From Phoronis australis (taxonomy: Eukaryota; Animalia; Phoronida), in contig NMRA01000584.1 in NCBI GenBank assembly GCA_002633005.1, positions 62,001 to 126,000 on the forward strand: 64,000 nt of DNA, written 5' to 3'. The notes below the pieces were generated by a model that was not told where the DNA came from, searched no databases, and worked only from the letters and a program-made list of their open reading frames with translations. This document shows, one piece after another, positions 23,646 through 38,168 of this stretch. How positions within the stretch are numbered: position 1 is the stretch's first letter; each line of letters begins with the position of its first letter. The position numbers and the translations under genes were made by a program.

Positions 23646-26468
23646 AAACCACGAGCAAACATTTGTTGACGAAAAGGAAAACCTTCCCATGATGCAAGAC
23701 CGTGTGTCCAGTGATGAAAGACGGACGCTAAATGTCAATAAAGGCGACAAATTATTTTTCTACGTTGTTGTAGCTCAGCATTCCGTGCACGGCGATACAC
23801 TTTGTTACGGTCCATCTGGTGGTAATGCACTGCGCAGGAGGTGGCTAAGAAAATACAGTTGGAGGCTAAATTTTCTAGAATTTCTGACCGATCACATTTT
23901 TTTCTTCATACTTGCACCAGCCACAAAAACAAGCCTTTGGTATAGCTCGCGTAATTACGATTCATATTTCCCCCAAGCGTGTGAGTAGTTTTAAAAATTA
24001 GAAACGAAGAAAATGTTTGCAACTAATTAGTTTACAATTTCCCTCCAAATACAAATAAAGTTTAAGTTTGCGAATGCCCAATAACAAGACTCAATTTTTG
24101 TTTACAGAAAATTTAGAAACTTTTTTAACACTGAAAACACACAAAGCCTCATCATAGTAAAATTCAGAGTACGGACCTAAATTGCTAGACGCCATTTCAT
24201 AATTACAGGGTTGTCCCTGAACAAAAATTCAAGCATGGTACTGACTGCGCGTGTTTTTGCGCCGTAATCTTCCTTCCTGATCACTCAAAAAAAACAACAA
24301 GTAACACAGTATTTTCACTATCATTTTTCCTGCAAAACAATAAAAGCGGGAACCAGTTTCACTAACTAACGAAATTGCCGTTAATCAGTGACAACTGGTT
24401 CTCAGCAGCCATTTTGAAGAGGAACCCGTTTACTCCACTTTTACCAAGCTGGAAACCGTTATACAACACAATTTTATTTATTTTCCTAGTAAAGCATAAA
24501 TAAGCCAGTCCTTTCAAATATGGCTAAAATTTCAAACTTGGCCCTGAGCTTTTCAATCATGATTCAAGATTTCCAAAAACAATTCAAACACGGTGCAGTG
24601 CAATGTCTCAACACACGTGCGAAAAACACGGGGGTATGTAATCGTATTTCATCCGTGCGACTGGTTTAAATGACATCACGACGGCATACACTCAACTCAA
24701 ACTGGCAACATTTCAACAAAAAGGCAACTTAGGTGACTGTATTTTTAACTTCACTCAGGGTTTACGACTCAAATTGAGCCTATTGTCTGTAATTGGATGC
24801 GGGGTGCGTGCCTACACCAAGGTAGGGCATTTGTATTATCATTAGCTTCTCTACTCGTGGGTAATCAGGATATAAACATATCTCATGACATCGGTGTGCG
24901 CAAATAAATTTACGCGAGACTTCATCAAGTGATGGTCGGATATAACGTACCCAAATTTCGAGAACCAGTTTTATCCGCTGAATGATGGACATCAAAATTG
25001 GTTCTCAAAATACGGGCAACACGTTATATCCGACTATTGCCCTTTATTTGTCATGCACTTTCGTATAATTTATGTAGGGGAGGAGGGGATCACGATCGGA
25101 GCACAAGGTTATAATTGGTGTTTATGTTGCACCCCTTCTTTTCAGCAGCGTCAAGTGTGTTCGAAAACCACTCTTACAATAAACAACAATTTCCAAATTA
25201 ATTAATCAAACGCTCAAACACTGAATTGGTAAAATATATGAAGGGTAATTTTTAATTGAGATTTCCAGTCGTCTGCTTCACGTGTATTTACGGTGACCAT
25301 GTGAAAACAAACTATCGAGAGCGTTAATCTTAGTCATGTTTCAGTGTTAAAGAAAACTCTGAAACCACTAATAATAAACAATTTAGACTTCGTGTACTCG
25401 ACAATAGTGCTCAAAAGAACGGATAAAGCCAGGAGCAAAATAAGTGTGTACACTTCGCAAATAATAAAATAAACACGGCCTTTTTGTTTTCTTCCAATAA
25501 ACCAAGTTTAAAAGAACTACAGCTCCGAGCAACGGTCGCGTGTGAGCTCAGCGTGCCTGCTGTGTTCCAACTGCGCATGGTATCAACATCGGACTGTTAT
25601 AAAGCCGTCAACCATTATCATGAAACTGGATACGATATCCAGACCCAACTTTAAAGACCCCCCTATCACAACTCGCGTGCGAAACTTTTTATCTCGAAAA
25701 TTAACAGAAACAACGACATAACTGCGGGACATCATTACAACAAAACGCTAAGGACACATTCTAATAACCCTAGTTGATAAAAATAAAAGATACAATTTGA
25801 GTTCAGTATATCTCTAGAGTAGTAGACTTTTTATCTTCAAGAAGGGGGATAAGAATCCAGAAGTGCGATAAACGGTCACTAAAGAATGATAATCAAGGCA
25901 AATAAGTTTGTAGTCAACTGAAAGCACTTTTCACACCAGAAAGATAAAATTATCTGATATGCAGTTGCCATTGCGAAGTATGTACAGTAGCTTTCAAATT
26001 GAACACAGCGAGTTGGAAAAGATGCCAACACTTATTCAGTTCAATACTTCGCGCCTATTCCTCAGTCGGCATTTGGATAATCTTGAAATTCAGTTATTTT
26101 CTCAGCACTTAGCTAATTAGCTAGTTCAATTAATCAAAACAGTTCACATCAACAACATCGCTTAAATAAACTGCTTAGTTATCTTCACAAGATATCCGGC
26201 CGGGACTTAGCATATATATCATTCTCAAATTTTAGATCAGATCACTGATAACCTAAACAGTAACGCAACAGTCGGGCGAATCATGTCTTAATTCATTTAA
26301 ATGTGAAAAACAGGAGATTCCAGAAATAATTGACAGTCGATTTTTTCTGACACAGAAAGACACAATTATCTCGCTCTAAAATATTCCGGTCATTATTAAA
26401 ACGTGATCAGTACGGAGTAAACAAATTTCATGGGTGGTTACATTACGATAGACGGCCCAGACACTCAC

Positions 26469-26700
26469 CGTTTAGAAGACTGAGTAAATTCAGCTCAAAC
26501 GAACAGTTTTAGCAGTCGTCTCCAACGTCTGATGGCACAATAGTTCAGGATAGGTGAATTTCGACGAAGGTTCTCGTTGACCAAGTCTGCAACTGAGAGG
26601 CGTCATAGATTATGGTCAGAGGCCATATCTACTGTTTGCATAGCATCTTATCCACAACCAATCAGCTAATCACCTTCTACTGATAACGTTAAAATGGCCG
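26469..26700 (-). promoter_or_regulatory. Candidate core promoter and non-coding first exon of GATA paralogue A
   Basis: Minus-strand TCAGTT initiator-like motif at 26596-26591, CCAAT and GATA motifs at 26648-26686, and a good donor (CG|gtgagt) at 26469/26468. Matching acceptor (taaattgtag|G) at 21901/21900, 83 nt upstream of the ATG. Inference only. Confidence 0.45.
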
Positions 26701-29700
26701 CGCAATAGGTGTTTTGGTATTAAAACATTTAATCACATAATCATTCCAACGTCCACAAGATATGTAACTACTCGTGAAAGTTCCGAGTTAAAATGGGTCG
26801 CAGTCGTCGCCATGAAGTTTGTATCGTGCGCGTATGTCTACTCACGAAAGTTTCAACACGCGCACGTGAAATAACAATTTTTTCGTCATAACATCTTGAA
26901 AACTCTAGATATTTTCCTACACACTAACCTGTTAATAAGGCGACGCTTTCCTTTCCTTCATACGGCCAGTTTCAGCGATGAATTACATTCGAGCAGTTTA
27001 CGATTGTAAACACAACCCATGTACCACGTGCTTCATAAGTTTCGCCATTTATGCGCGACCATGTTTGAAGGCTCCCAGCTCTTATTGGTTCATATCAGTT
27101 AGAGTTGCTAATGGCAACCGTCAAAGTGGCGCCAAACTGTCAGATCGACCACTTTGTCCCGCCCACTTTTTCTGAACCGCAGAACCCGTCCGATAAGTCA
27201 GTCCCATATTACCGTTTTCATTGCACACGTACAGTAGATGGATATTGCATTTCATACACTGGACACGTTTTAATGAAAAATTAAGGCACAGAGTTTCACC
27301 TCAATCAACGCGTTGAAATTAAATAATAGATTGAGCTTCGCATTTCGCAGCGCCAGACCATACAGCAAGCTTGCTCTGACGACAGATATCTACCGGTCAC
27401 CATTCGCATAGTTATAGACCAAACAACCGTTTTGAAAATACCCTTGGCACATGAAATATTTTTAATCACTAAATTTATATATAAGTATGATATTTTTTAT
27501 TCATGTCACATTTGTGCAGTGTGAGTTGTTTAGCGCTCACTGCCACATGTGATATGTATGCATCACTCACGGGCAAAACGTGAATCCGCATAGTAACACG
27601 AAGCTACTTCGCAGTTTAACTTTTTGCCAGTCATTTGCATAGATGAACGAATTGCTGTCTATCAGAGGACATGAATGCTGCCTGGACGATTATCGAGACC
27701 AAATGTTATGATGCCAAATTCAAGCTGCATTTTAATAAATTGTTATAAAATGATTTATTCAGTTTAACGGATAAGACTGATATCCAAAATCTTAGTATTT
27801 GCCAACATAAAGTGGCCATGCTGTAAAGACGTTGTTTTTGATAACATACATTTTTCTTCTATACTTGACACCAGTGGGGGTATCTCGCACACAATTCGGT
27901 CAGCCGGTATACTCTGTGTCTGTCGTTTAACCTTGGTCGGTGTCAGCCATGTATGTGTGTGTTTACTTTTGAGCGAAACGTTCACTCAGCCTTATCTCAG
28001 AATTATATTAATAATCGCAGCTACAAATACTGATCTACAGTTATATTTTCCATTGCTCACTGCAGGTCACAAAATGATTGTTCACAATCTCGAGACGCCA
28101 CCAACTTGTGTTACCTTGTTTGCTCGGGATGTTTGCTGTCCCCCCTGTTGCCGGGGGACGCTTCCAAATCTTTCCCAAGAATAAGTTTTAGCAGGGGAAA
28201 TTGATTGTATTCAAACTGTGCTGTTACAAGGCATGTTACTCGTGTTATTGACTACTCCTGAACCCTTTCGTCACTTGTGAACTTGGTATAAGTGTTTTGC
28301 CAACGTGCCAATATGTTTATTTGAAATTCATATTCTTGCCTTTTAGACACAAATATTTACTTGTCGACATTCGCTGTGATTAGTTCAAAAGAAACAGTTT
28401 TGATGATTAATTATTACTTGCGGTGGCATATTTCTAGCACTGAGTTCAAGTGACGCATTTTCATCGCCAAAACATTATGTTTCTCTGTACAGAAAACTTG
28501 ATACGTCTATCCAGCTGTGGCCAACTTTTATAGTGCGTGCAGCGTGTGAGGTTCTAGCATCGGTCTAGCCAGGCCTCAGATGTAAGCTTCATGAGTATCC
28601 AAACGGCACCGTAAATCATACAATATTATGATTAAAAACACAATCAAATGGGACTTGGCTGCAAGAACAAATCCTCAAGTTTTCACCGATTCGTCCAGCA
28701 GTACCTTTCCACAGTCTCAGAAAACAATGCTGGGCGGTAGTTCTGTCCTGCTATGTCATGCACATGATCTGCGATCCACATCTGCATTCTCTCTTGTCAC
28801 CGAAGTACGAATAACGCGCGTGAGCTCGCCTCGAGCCACAATATTCTACCGCAGGAACTATACGGATAACACCTCTTCCGGAAACAAATTTGCGAACACC
28901 TCAGTAAGCTGTTCCCGGTAACTATAATTGTATACAAACACCCGTCATAACTCGTCTTGGACTGGGACACAGGTCATTTTGCGTCTTGCGTCTCTCCATA
29001 AGGGATTCTGGGGAAGAAAAACAGGAATTTTATCACAACTCACCATAAAATGTGGACGTGTTCTAAATCATTATATTAAAAGCGAAGTGAAACTAATGTG
29101 AGATAAGTGCCTCAGAATCTGCTCGTCAACAGTCCATCTAGATGTTCGTATGGATTGTTAAGATTTTTTCTGTTTCAATAAAATGAGAAAAAGATTGTTG
29201 AAATTGAACAGTGACAGTAAATCTGAGTGGTGCCTGATATCATGTAAATGACCCTCTTCAGACTAACACGAGATCATTGACGCAAATAATTCCATGCTCA
29301 CTGCAGCATACAGTCATCCATGCACGAGTTTAGTCAAAGCAGCTTCCAGCTGACTGGACAACTTTCCATATTATCAGCTCTCTTTTATTATATATGTATA
29401 GTTTACAGATATTCTTGTAGATATCTTAGCAATGTAAACTTAAGTGCGCTAAACCGCTGTTAAATTTGCCATAACTTGCGATAATGGAGAGATACAACAT
29501 AGCAAAGCCAGGACCAGCCGGTGAGGCTGTGTTATGGTTTATCATGAGGGTTGGAGATATTTTGTTAACTGCTTTGATAAAAATGTTGTCGAATTAGATA
29601 TGGCAAATAAATAGATGTACCAGTGCTTTACTAGGTTACATTGAGACGGTTTCTTTGCAGGGAACAAAGTGTAAGGTCGCTGCTCTTCGATGGACTCAAA

Positions 29701-32700
29701 GGAATTTTTCGAAATTGTTGTGACAAAGCAGAAGAACAGTGTTAATGCAAGGACTGTGAAAAACTAAAGCTGTTCGAGAGTCCAAACAGTATAGCGATGC
29801 CTGGAGATGTGCCCGGTCCGTAGTAAACAACGCGTTACCTCACGACACCAGAATCAGCTGTCACGTGAACACGAATTGGCGAGTACGGTTATTTGTAACC
29901 CAAGACGAGCGCTGAGGGAAACTTCACATAATGTTGCTGTTTTGTAAATAGGATTTTTGGAGAGAGATATATTTATTGTTTTTAATCGAGTTGTAAAACA
30001 CATCTGTCAGTGTACTTATGGCAAGTGGCATTCAGACTGGTCCATTCACACGGTGAACGATATAGCAATGCCATCGTCAGGGTTTTGATATTACTGTGAA
30101 AACTGCTTAGAGGTTCACGAGAAATGAGAAGCAAGCAGAACTTATCGCATGTGTTGTAGACCCATATGAAGTGAATTTATTATTTCACAGATTCAAAGAG
30201 GTTGGCCGCCATTTTCCTCACAAATTGGCCATGTTACTTATTTGTAAGTCAAAGTGTCACGTGCAATAGTTTCCAAGCATAACGTGTCCTTACGAGAAAA
30301 ACAAAATATTGGGGTGGATATATTGTTTTAGTATGTAACTAGCCATCTCCCGATACGACGGCAACGTAATGAATTTTGGTCCATCGCTAGATGGCGATAC
30401 AGTACTTGATGGACAATGCTTAACCCGCTATTAACAGTTCAGTTCTGTGATTTGGATGGTGAGGCAGAGGGATTTCACAACGATTTTATAAATTCTTCTC
30501 GACTACCAGACCGTCAAATCTCAGACCACTAATTGTCTGAGGCAAAATTACCTCTGTTGTGCTGTGGGACATGCAAATGACTTTGATCTGGCACAAGCGG
30601 TCCAACGTTGCAATTATCGGTTAAAAGAAATTACATAGAGTAGACACTTCCACAGTCATACATGGTCACATCACGTGACCCAGTAATTACAATTGCGACC
30701 AGGGCATATATAAGAAACGAGAGAAATTGTTTTGTCTTTGTCAAGTCGGCCTGTCTTGTTCGCTAGAATTTGAAATTGGGTCAAGCGAAAGAGTTTCATG
30801 TCGGAATTTGTTATTAGTTGGCGCCTAGCCTGACGGAAAAAAAATCAAATGTTTTATGGTTGCTGCAAATTTCAACTGAGTGCAGATACCTTCCAAGGGA
30901 GAGTTTGATAAGCTTGGTGTCCGACAGTTGAACTATCGGAAGTGTGCAAAGAATTCCGTGTGAACCAATTAATACTGAATTTTGTTATTCCGAATTACGT
31001 AGAAAATAAATATGAAACTAAATGAGATGATCCATATCCTTAATACTGTTGTTTGACAAAACGTAGAATATATAGGAGTTTTGAGCCTCTCTGGAAGGGA
31101 CGTTCAACGTGAAGTCAATTTTACTTTAAAATCGAACACTAGTGATGTAATATTTGGTAACCCCGATGAAGAAAAAATAGTTTACCGTGTATTGTGTTTG
31201 ACTTAATACCGTGTGTAATCCTGAAGACTAACAGACATATTTGTAATTATTCAAAATGATTTATTGAATTTTTATGCTGAAAAATATTTTCACAAAAATG
31301 TGATTTGACTGGTTATGAAAACATGTACTCCTATGGCCACCATGTTTGTTCAATCATCCATTGTTGCTTTGTTCTTCTCGTATTGGAATGTGACGTGCGA
31401 AAAAAATGCACTAGTTGTCATGTATTATATTCATTCTTTAAACTATGCAGTGTATCTTGTATTACGGCTATACCTGTGGCGTAAATGTATTACATAGAGA
31501 AAAATAAACATGCGGAACGTAATACAAAAGAAAATGCTAGACTGGTAAGCAAAGAACTATTGACCAATGGAAGTTGTCGGAAGACCGGGATTTGTGGTAT
31601 CAATCTCCCTGCCAATGTTTAACCACTTAAGGCCATTTAACGTTCTTGTATTATCTTGCCTTTTGATTGTCCAATACTCGAAATAGACGGGTCTTTATTG
31701 ATTATGCAGCCAAACAAAGTTGAAAAAGTATCACTTGAAATAAACACATTTTGTTTCTGCTTCATAGACCTGAGAGTGCTGGTTAATTATCCAATCTATA
31801 TGATGGTTAATGAAGAGGACTTTGTGATATTAAATTTTATGTCATTTGATTAATTACAACGATAAAAATGAACGCATCTTATTGTTATGAAAACTAGCGC
31901 GAAGTATTTCTACAAAAATCGAAATTCTTTGTCATCAGAGTGTTTCTTTCGAAACTTTTTTGCCTGTTTGGCCATTCCAGCACATCTGACAGATGTTCTC
32001 CTCATTAACGACACTTAGACTGCATCTTTATCCGTCCCTAACTTACTTTTGCGAGTGTTTTAAGCAGCAATACATAAGAGAAAATGAAATTCTAATAGCG
32101 CCATCAATCATATGATTGACACTAAGGTGTCCATTTGCGTGCTTATGAACCACCGTTTTGTTGAGGGTGCAAGGGCCTCTTAAACTCCCGACATGTCAAT
32201 AGTTTTATGGCGTTAAACAGCGCGCAGCTCTGGCCTGTCTCACTCTAATGCGTCTCAACTTTCTCAAGTTTATTGTTGTCTATGTGTTGACCTACACTTG
32301 TAAATTTTCTCTTAATTTTCAACATGTGTTTAACACGTTTCATGAATGATGGGAAAGTATTTTTTGAACGCAACGCAAACTACTTTTGGAACATGTTACA
32401 TACAGTTCTACATCGTTTATTTGTGTAACCGTGTTATAAAGACGTAATTCGGCCAAAACGTATCAGTTTTACCATGTTATTGCAACGTCACCTTTCCACG
32501 AATAGACGTTTTTTGTTTTAAATTAGAGTATTTCTCCTTTTTAGTCACGTTTTTACAGTCTAAGTGGCAATGTATAACAATAAAAAAATCCAGTTCAATT
32601 AAGGATTGGCTACATTCGATTGAGAACACGCCTTCAACACACAGACAGCGATGCGAACTCAACGGCCTGTTCATGTATGTGGAGATACACGCTCTGTTTG

Positions 32701-33695
32701 AAGACGGAAAAGTATTCTTTAATTGTTCGAGTGTCTGTTCGCAGCAGTGATACACTGACACGTTATGTTTGACGTTGTAACACTCGAACGAGTCGCCGCT
32801 GTTAATTGACTAAACATTTCATACAAAGGGCGACATTTTTCTCTCGATCGTCTTTACTCGGCCACTCTTTTCATCATTTAAACAGATATTCACCGCACGG
32901 AAATGGCTTTGTCTCACTCAGCATTGTTCAAACACATGCCTTTTGATTTAAAATGCTAGTAGAGAAGATTCAGGTTCATAACAATCAAACAATTCAATAG
33001 AGGCTGGAGAGACGCCTATTGATGGGGGACGAGCAGAGACGCTGTCTTCACACAAACGTTAAGACATACTGGTGAAAAAATGTCCTGGATGAATATTCGT
33101 CCAATCGCAACTTTTCCATGCAGATTAATGATGTGTTTAAAATACATGGAAGTTTAATTAAAAACAAAAAGGGCGATCCTAGCTTCTCTGATAATCAAAT
33201 AAAATTAGACAGGGGAGCAGTCTAAATAAACGTGAACACAAAAGAATTGAAGGGATATTCAAATAAAACTTTGAGACGTGGAACTTTGATCAGCTGTTAT
33301 TAACCAAATGAAATATTGTACCCATAATATAGAAATGACATTTTTATGTCGCGTCGGACCGCGCTCCAGTGTCAACAGGGAGTATCTATCGAGGGTAATT
33401 TACGCGTTTATAAGTCTATTCATTAAAGTACCAGTATTACGATGGGATCTGTTTATTATTTTATATTGTAATTGAATTGGGAATTCCTATACACTTGTTT
33501 TGTGTGGGTTGTACTTAGTGGTTAATTGTGGGAAATTAGTCATAAAAATATGATTTATGATTCAACTTCGAAATTCTTATGCGAGGTTGAGTACCGCAAT
33601 TTCACGAACAACACTCACCGACTCGAAAATTTTCATTCATTCATGAAAATAAAGCGCACGATTTCGAACATCGTGTGATTTGTTTAGTCAATGAA

Positions 33696-33848
33696 GAGGC
33701 GGATCCAGGATTTTGTGTTAAGGGGCCAGGGCAGAGTATTAGCCAGGGTTTTGCCCGTCAGATATTCGCACCCCCGAACTGCCACATGGAATCTGGGAGA
33801 ATTTTAAGGGGGCATGGCCCCCTTGCCCCCCCTTAAATCCGCCACTGC
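33696..33848. mobile_element. Short GC-rich MITE of the CAGTGGCGGAT...ATCCGCCACTG type
   Basis: Ends agaggcggatcca / aaatccgccactg with G/C-run subterminal hairpins; a related 3' end (gatctgccactg) occurs at about 468-479. Confidence 0.6.
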
Positions 33849-34103
33849 AATGGCCAAGCAAAACTGAACTGATCTTTTCTTTTATTTGCCATTTTACCCA
33901 TGAGAAGTGTTGAACTGACTTGACAAATGAGTTATTGGTGTTTATTTCTTGCAGACACAGCACTATTAAAGACCAATAGTGTGTATGAGTTTTATCCAGT
34001 GATTTTACGGACACATCACTGTGAACAATGTTTACCTCGAACGTGCCACTGTGAACTAATGTTACTAATCTATTCTGTGATACTGGAATTCCGGGATAAA
34101 CTA

Positions 34104-34442
34104 AGGCCCGGGGTCTAATCTTGTACTCAAAATCGAATTCGAAACAATTTTTCCCATTTTCAGTTTAACTTTTCTGTGAACTCCAAATATTACTGTATGC
34201 TCGAGTACATTTTGGCTTACGTGAATAACTTACAAATCCTAGTTTACACTCAAAATATCGAGTTTTTACTCGAATTAGTAGCACGAATGTAGGGGTCTCA
34301 AGTGCATGCTTGGACTAAAAACTCGCACGCGTATACCATAATGTACTCGAGCACAGACTATAGCCAGTTATGTTAAGTTCGCACAAAACTAGAACAGAAA
34401 ATGCCAAAAATAATTTCGAGTACAAAGACTATACCCTGGCCC
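34104..34442. mobile_element. MITE with about 30-bp imperfect TIRs
   Basis: Left end ggcccggggtctaatcttgtactcaaaat vs reverse complement of right end ggccagggtatagtctttgtactcgaaat; flanked by cta/tag; internal tactcga subrepeats. Confidence 0.7.
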
Positions 34443-34504
34443 TAGAACTCTAAATGATAAGCTTTCACTATGTGCATTTTAAGCACAACTACAATACCCA
34501 TCAC

Positions 34505-34660
34505 GCGGGCGTCTTCAATATGAACGCTACCTGAGCGAACTCTCCTCCACGTGAACGCTGCCTGCGCGTGCTGTCTTCCATGTGAACACTGTCTGCGCGT
34601 GCTCTCTTCCATGTGAACGGTGCATGCCTGCGCGTGCTCTCTTCCATGTGAACGCTGCTT
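34505..34660. repeat. Minisatellite, about 5 units of 30-35 bp
   Basis: Unit cctgcgcgtgctctcttccatgtgaacgctg. Confidence 0.8.
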
Positions 34661-35639
34661 GTCTGTCATTCGTTTCTCTTCCTTCCATTCACATTGTCTA
34701 TTCTCTTCTCAAATCTCCAGTTGAACCTTAGCTGTATAAAATCTTACTTTTTATATATTGAATTTCCTTTTTGATTAAGTAGCTTGTCGATCATTTTCAA
34801 CAGATTACCGCTAAAGTAAGGGCAAGGTGAACTAAAAACGTTCATATTGGAAATATCCTCTAGGTTCAAGCACAGTTGTTGATAACGGCCTCTCTTGTTT
34901 CAAAATCATTCCCAGTTGCATGATTTTTGCTCTCTTTTTTCTCCTTTGTTCTTAATTAAAACAGGAAATAATATCCGTTTGCTTCACAATGGTGCCCTTC
35001 CAGGTTGATTTGAATGAAAGAACTCCTTTAAGTAGTTAACTGACAACGCCCGCATGAAAATACTATTACTTTGCAATTACAGAAAAACTGTAAAAGCCCC
35101 GTAAGGTCGGCAACATTGTCATATTGCGCAAGTCTTCATTGGCGTCGCTGCATTGTCTAAACAAGCACGGATTAGCTATGAACTAACGGATTAAAAAGTT
35201 TATCAAATAATATTGTGATCATTCCGCGTGTAAGCATGTCGCCCGACGGCGAAGCCGCATCGTTTTCAATGCTACGCTTTGCAATCTAACTAAAACATGA
35301 ATTTGTGCTTTGCTTGTCAATAACAACTTAACATTACATGCAGTGCTTTGTCGCAGACATGTTGAAGGTACAATTACAAGTTTTGATGCATTATATGTCA
35401 AATTATATGTTACCTCAAGGAAAGTAAATACCAGGCTTGGTCAATACTCTGGCTGAAACGTGCAGTGTTTCTGTAAATATCGACGCTCTGGTTTTATCAG
35501 TGAAAACCTTTCGTCATCGATAGTTGATCAAAACATTCAGATTTTCATTGGATTGGATCACGAAATTCTTTGTGCTTCCCAAGATCTGGATTTTTCATTC
35601 AACAAATCAAAACTAATTTCAACGAGATTTACAATCAAA

Positions 35640-35836
35640 GACAATAAGCATAACTATAATGGTAAATAGTTATAACGATATTATTTTTACCATTACTATC
35701 ATTATTGTTATTACTATTATTGTTATTGGCATTATTATCGTTATAATTATTATTATTATTATTATTAACGTTATCACTATTGTTATTGTTACTGTTATTA
35801 TAATTAACAGTATTATTATTATTATTATTATTATTG

Positions 35837-35892
<56 letters not shown>

Positions 35893-35935
35893 TTTGGTGG
35901 TGGTGATTGTTGTTGTTACTGTTGATAGCAGCATC
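35640..35935. repeat. (ATT/ATC/GTT)n compound microsatellite
   Basis: Direct reading; source of spurious poly-I/poly-N ORFs. Confidence 0.95.
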
Positions 35936-36056
35936 ATCTGAGTTTAATTACACATTCTGCCCAACGCAAAGGGTGGGTACCGACTCGTATACCATCAATT
36001 CTGATTTTTCGTTGCTCCTGTTTTAATATAAAATCACAGGAATTATACTTCATGAC

Positions 36057-37121
36057 AAGAAACTGCTCAACTTTGCCTGCAAAGCCACGTCATGTTATTA
36101 AAAATAAATCACTAAACAGCAGCGAATGCGCGGGGAGGGCAATGGTTTTGTAAGGACATTGTCGATCGAGTCGTGTAAAACTGTTATAGTATGAAAAGAA
36201 TAGTTGTTTCTCCAGTACTCGGAACATGGGCCCGTAATCTTTTTCCGTGCAGTCCCACGTGACTGCGAGAGCCACGGGTGGCCCGGTGATAATCACACTG
36301 ACTATCTTCAGTCAGACTCGGTAAACAACGGGACGGGTAACACTTGTCAGGCACAGTAATTAATGGACAACCCTGGGAAACACCATACTTGACGCTCCTC
36401 CAAGGTGTCAACGACAACTTCTCGAAAACGCCAAGACGACAAGTCTTGGAGCCAGGGTTTAAGATTGAAAAAATAAATCTATCTAGAAATAAGCAATAAA
36501 TTTCTGTCTCAGTCAACCAGTCGTGTTTTCTTTTCTACCAATTGAGATAGGGACTGAAACTTTCTTCACTTGACGTTTTANAAGAAACTGCTCCAATATC
36601 GGTAGTGTCAATTTTGCCTGCAAAGTCACGTCATGTTATTAACAATAAATCACTAAACAGCAGCGAATCCGCGGGGAGGGCAATGGTTTTGTAGGGACAT
36701 TGTCGATCGAGTGGTGTAAAACTGTTATAGTATGAAAGGAATAGTTGTTTCTCCAGTACTCGGAACATGGGCCCGTAATCTTTTTCCGTGCAGTCCCACG
36801 TGACTGCGAGAGCCACGGGTGGCCCGGTGATAATCACAGTGACTATCTTCAGTCAGACTCGGTAAACAACGGGACGGGTAACACTTGTCAGGCACAGTAA
36901 TTAATGGACAACCCTGGGAAACACCATACTTGACGCTCCTCCAAGGTGTCAACGACAACTTCTCGAAAACGCCAAGACGACAAGTCTTGGAGCCAGGGTT
37001 TAAGATTGAAAAAATAAATCTATCTAGAAATAAGCAATAAATTTCTGCCTCAGTCAACCAGTCGTGTTTTCTTTTCTACCAATTGAGATAGGGACTGAAA
37101 CTTTCTTCACTTGACGTTTTA
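36057..37121. repeat. Direct duplication (about 525-540 bp) joined at a single N; likely haplotype overlap
   Basis: 36057-36580 vs 36582-37121 are near identical, with a few SNPs and one small indel; N at 36581. Confidence 0.85.
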
Positions 37122-37500
37122 TATAAATTAATAATAACGATGATGATACCAATAATTATAATAGTAACGATAATATTAATAATAATATTCTTATTAATTA
37201 TTCTTATTATTAATTGTTATGATTATTATTAATTATTATTATCAATAATGTTCATTATTATTAATTATTTGTTATTGTTATTATCAGCATTAGCAGAGTT
37301 ATCATTATTAGCAGTATTATTATTATCATCAATATAAATCAACATAATTATCGTTTTCATAGTTATTATCATTATCATTATTGTTATTATCACAATCCTT
37401 ATCAATACTATTATCTAGTTTATTATTATTTATTATTAATAATAATTAGTATCATAATTATCAATATTCTTATGATTATTATTAGTATTACCATCACTGT
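37122..37500. repeat. Degenerate (ATT)n low-complexity tract
   Basis: Direct reading. Confidence 0.9.
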
Positions 37501-38004
37501 TGCATGTGACCAAAAGGAGCGTTGGAAAGAACGACAACGAGACCACAGATTATCAAAAATCATAAAACATCGGTTTTAGCTTTTGAAATGATCTGAAAAT
37601 AGACACGCTCAAATTCCTTGTTCTTATCCGTACGAGATGCCGGAATGCATTAAGGATTTCGTTGGTAAAGAGGTCGCATTTTTAAACGTTTTCAAACAGT
37701 GCCGTAACGCTATTAAACAGTAGCTATGTTAAGCAAATGTGTCATAGTTAAACAAGTTACACGTGTAGACATTATTGAAACCAATTCTTATGATAGAAAA
37801 TTTGTTAAAGGTTTTAAGGGTGACAGGTATAGAAAGACATTGGCAAGATTTAGATGCTCAATTAGGACGGTAGTTTGATATTCCTTCATTGTATATTGTC
37901 CTTCGACAGCAGCAATAGTTAGTATTACTTCTAGTCGTAAACTGTTCCTCTTACTGCTACTACATATACTAGTGGGAGTATAGGACGGTACTAGCTCTGA
38001 AGGA

Positions 38005-38134
38005 AGTTGTGGTGGTCGTGATGGTAGTAGTAGTGGTGCTATTAGTACTAGTAGTAGTAATAGTATAGTAGTGGTGATGATGGTGGTGGTGGTAGTAGTG
38101 GTAGCAGCAGCAGTAGTAGTATTAGTAGTAGTAT

Positions 38135-38168
<34 letters not shown>

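Noticed and set aside
34505-34660. CRISPR-like periodic repeat
   Set aside because: No unique spacers and eukaryotic context; it is a simple minisatellite.
36090-37057. Duplicated 68-aa and 110-aa ORFs suggesting a tandem gene pair
   Set aside because: They arise from the N-joined overlap duplication; non-ATG starts and no recognisable domain.
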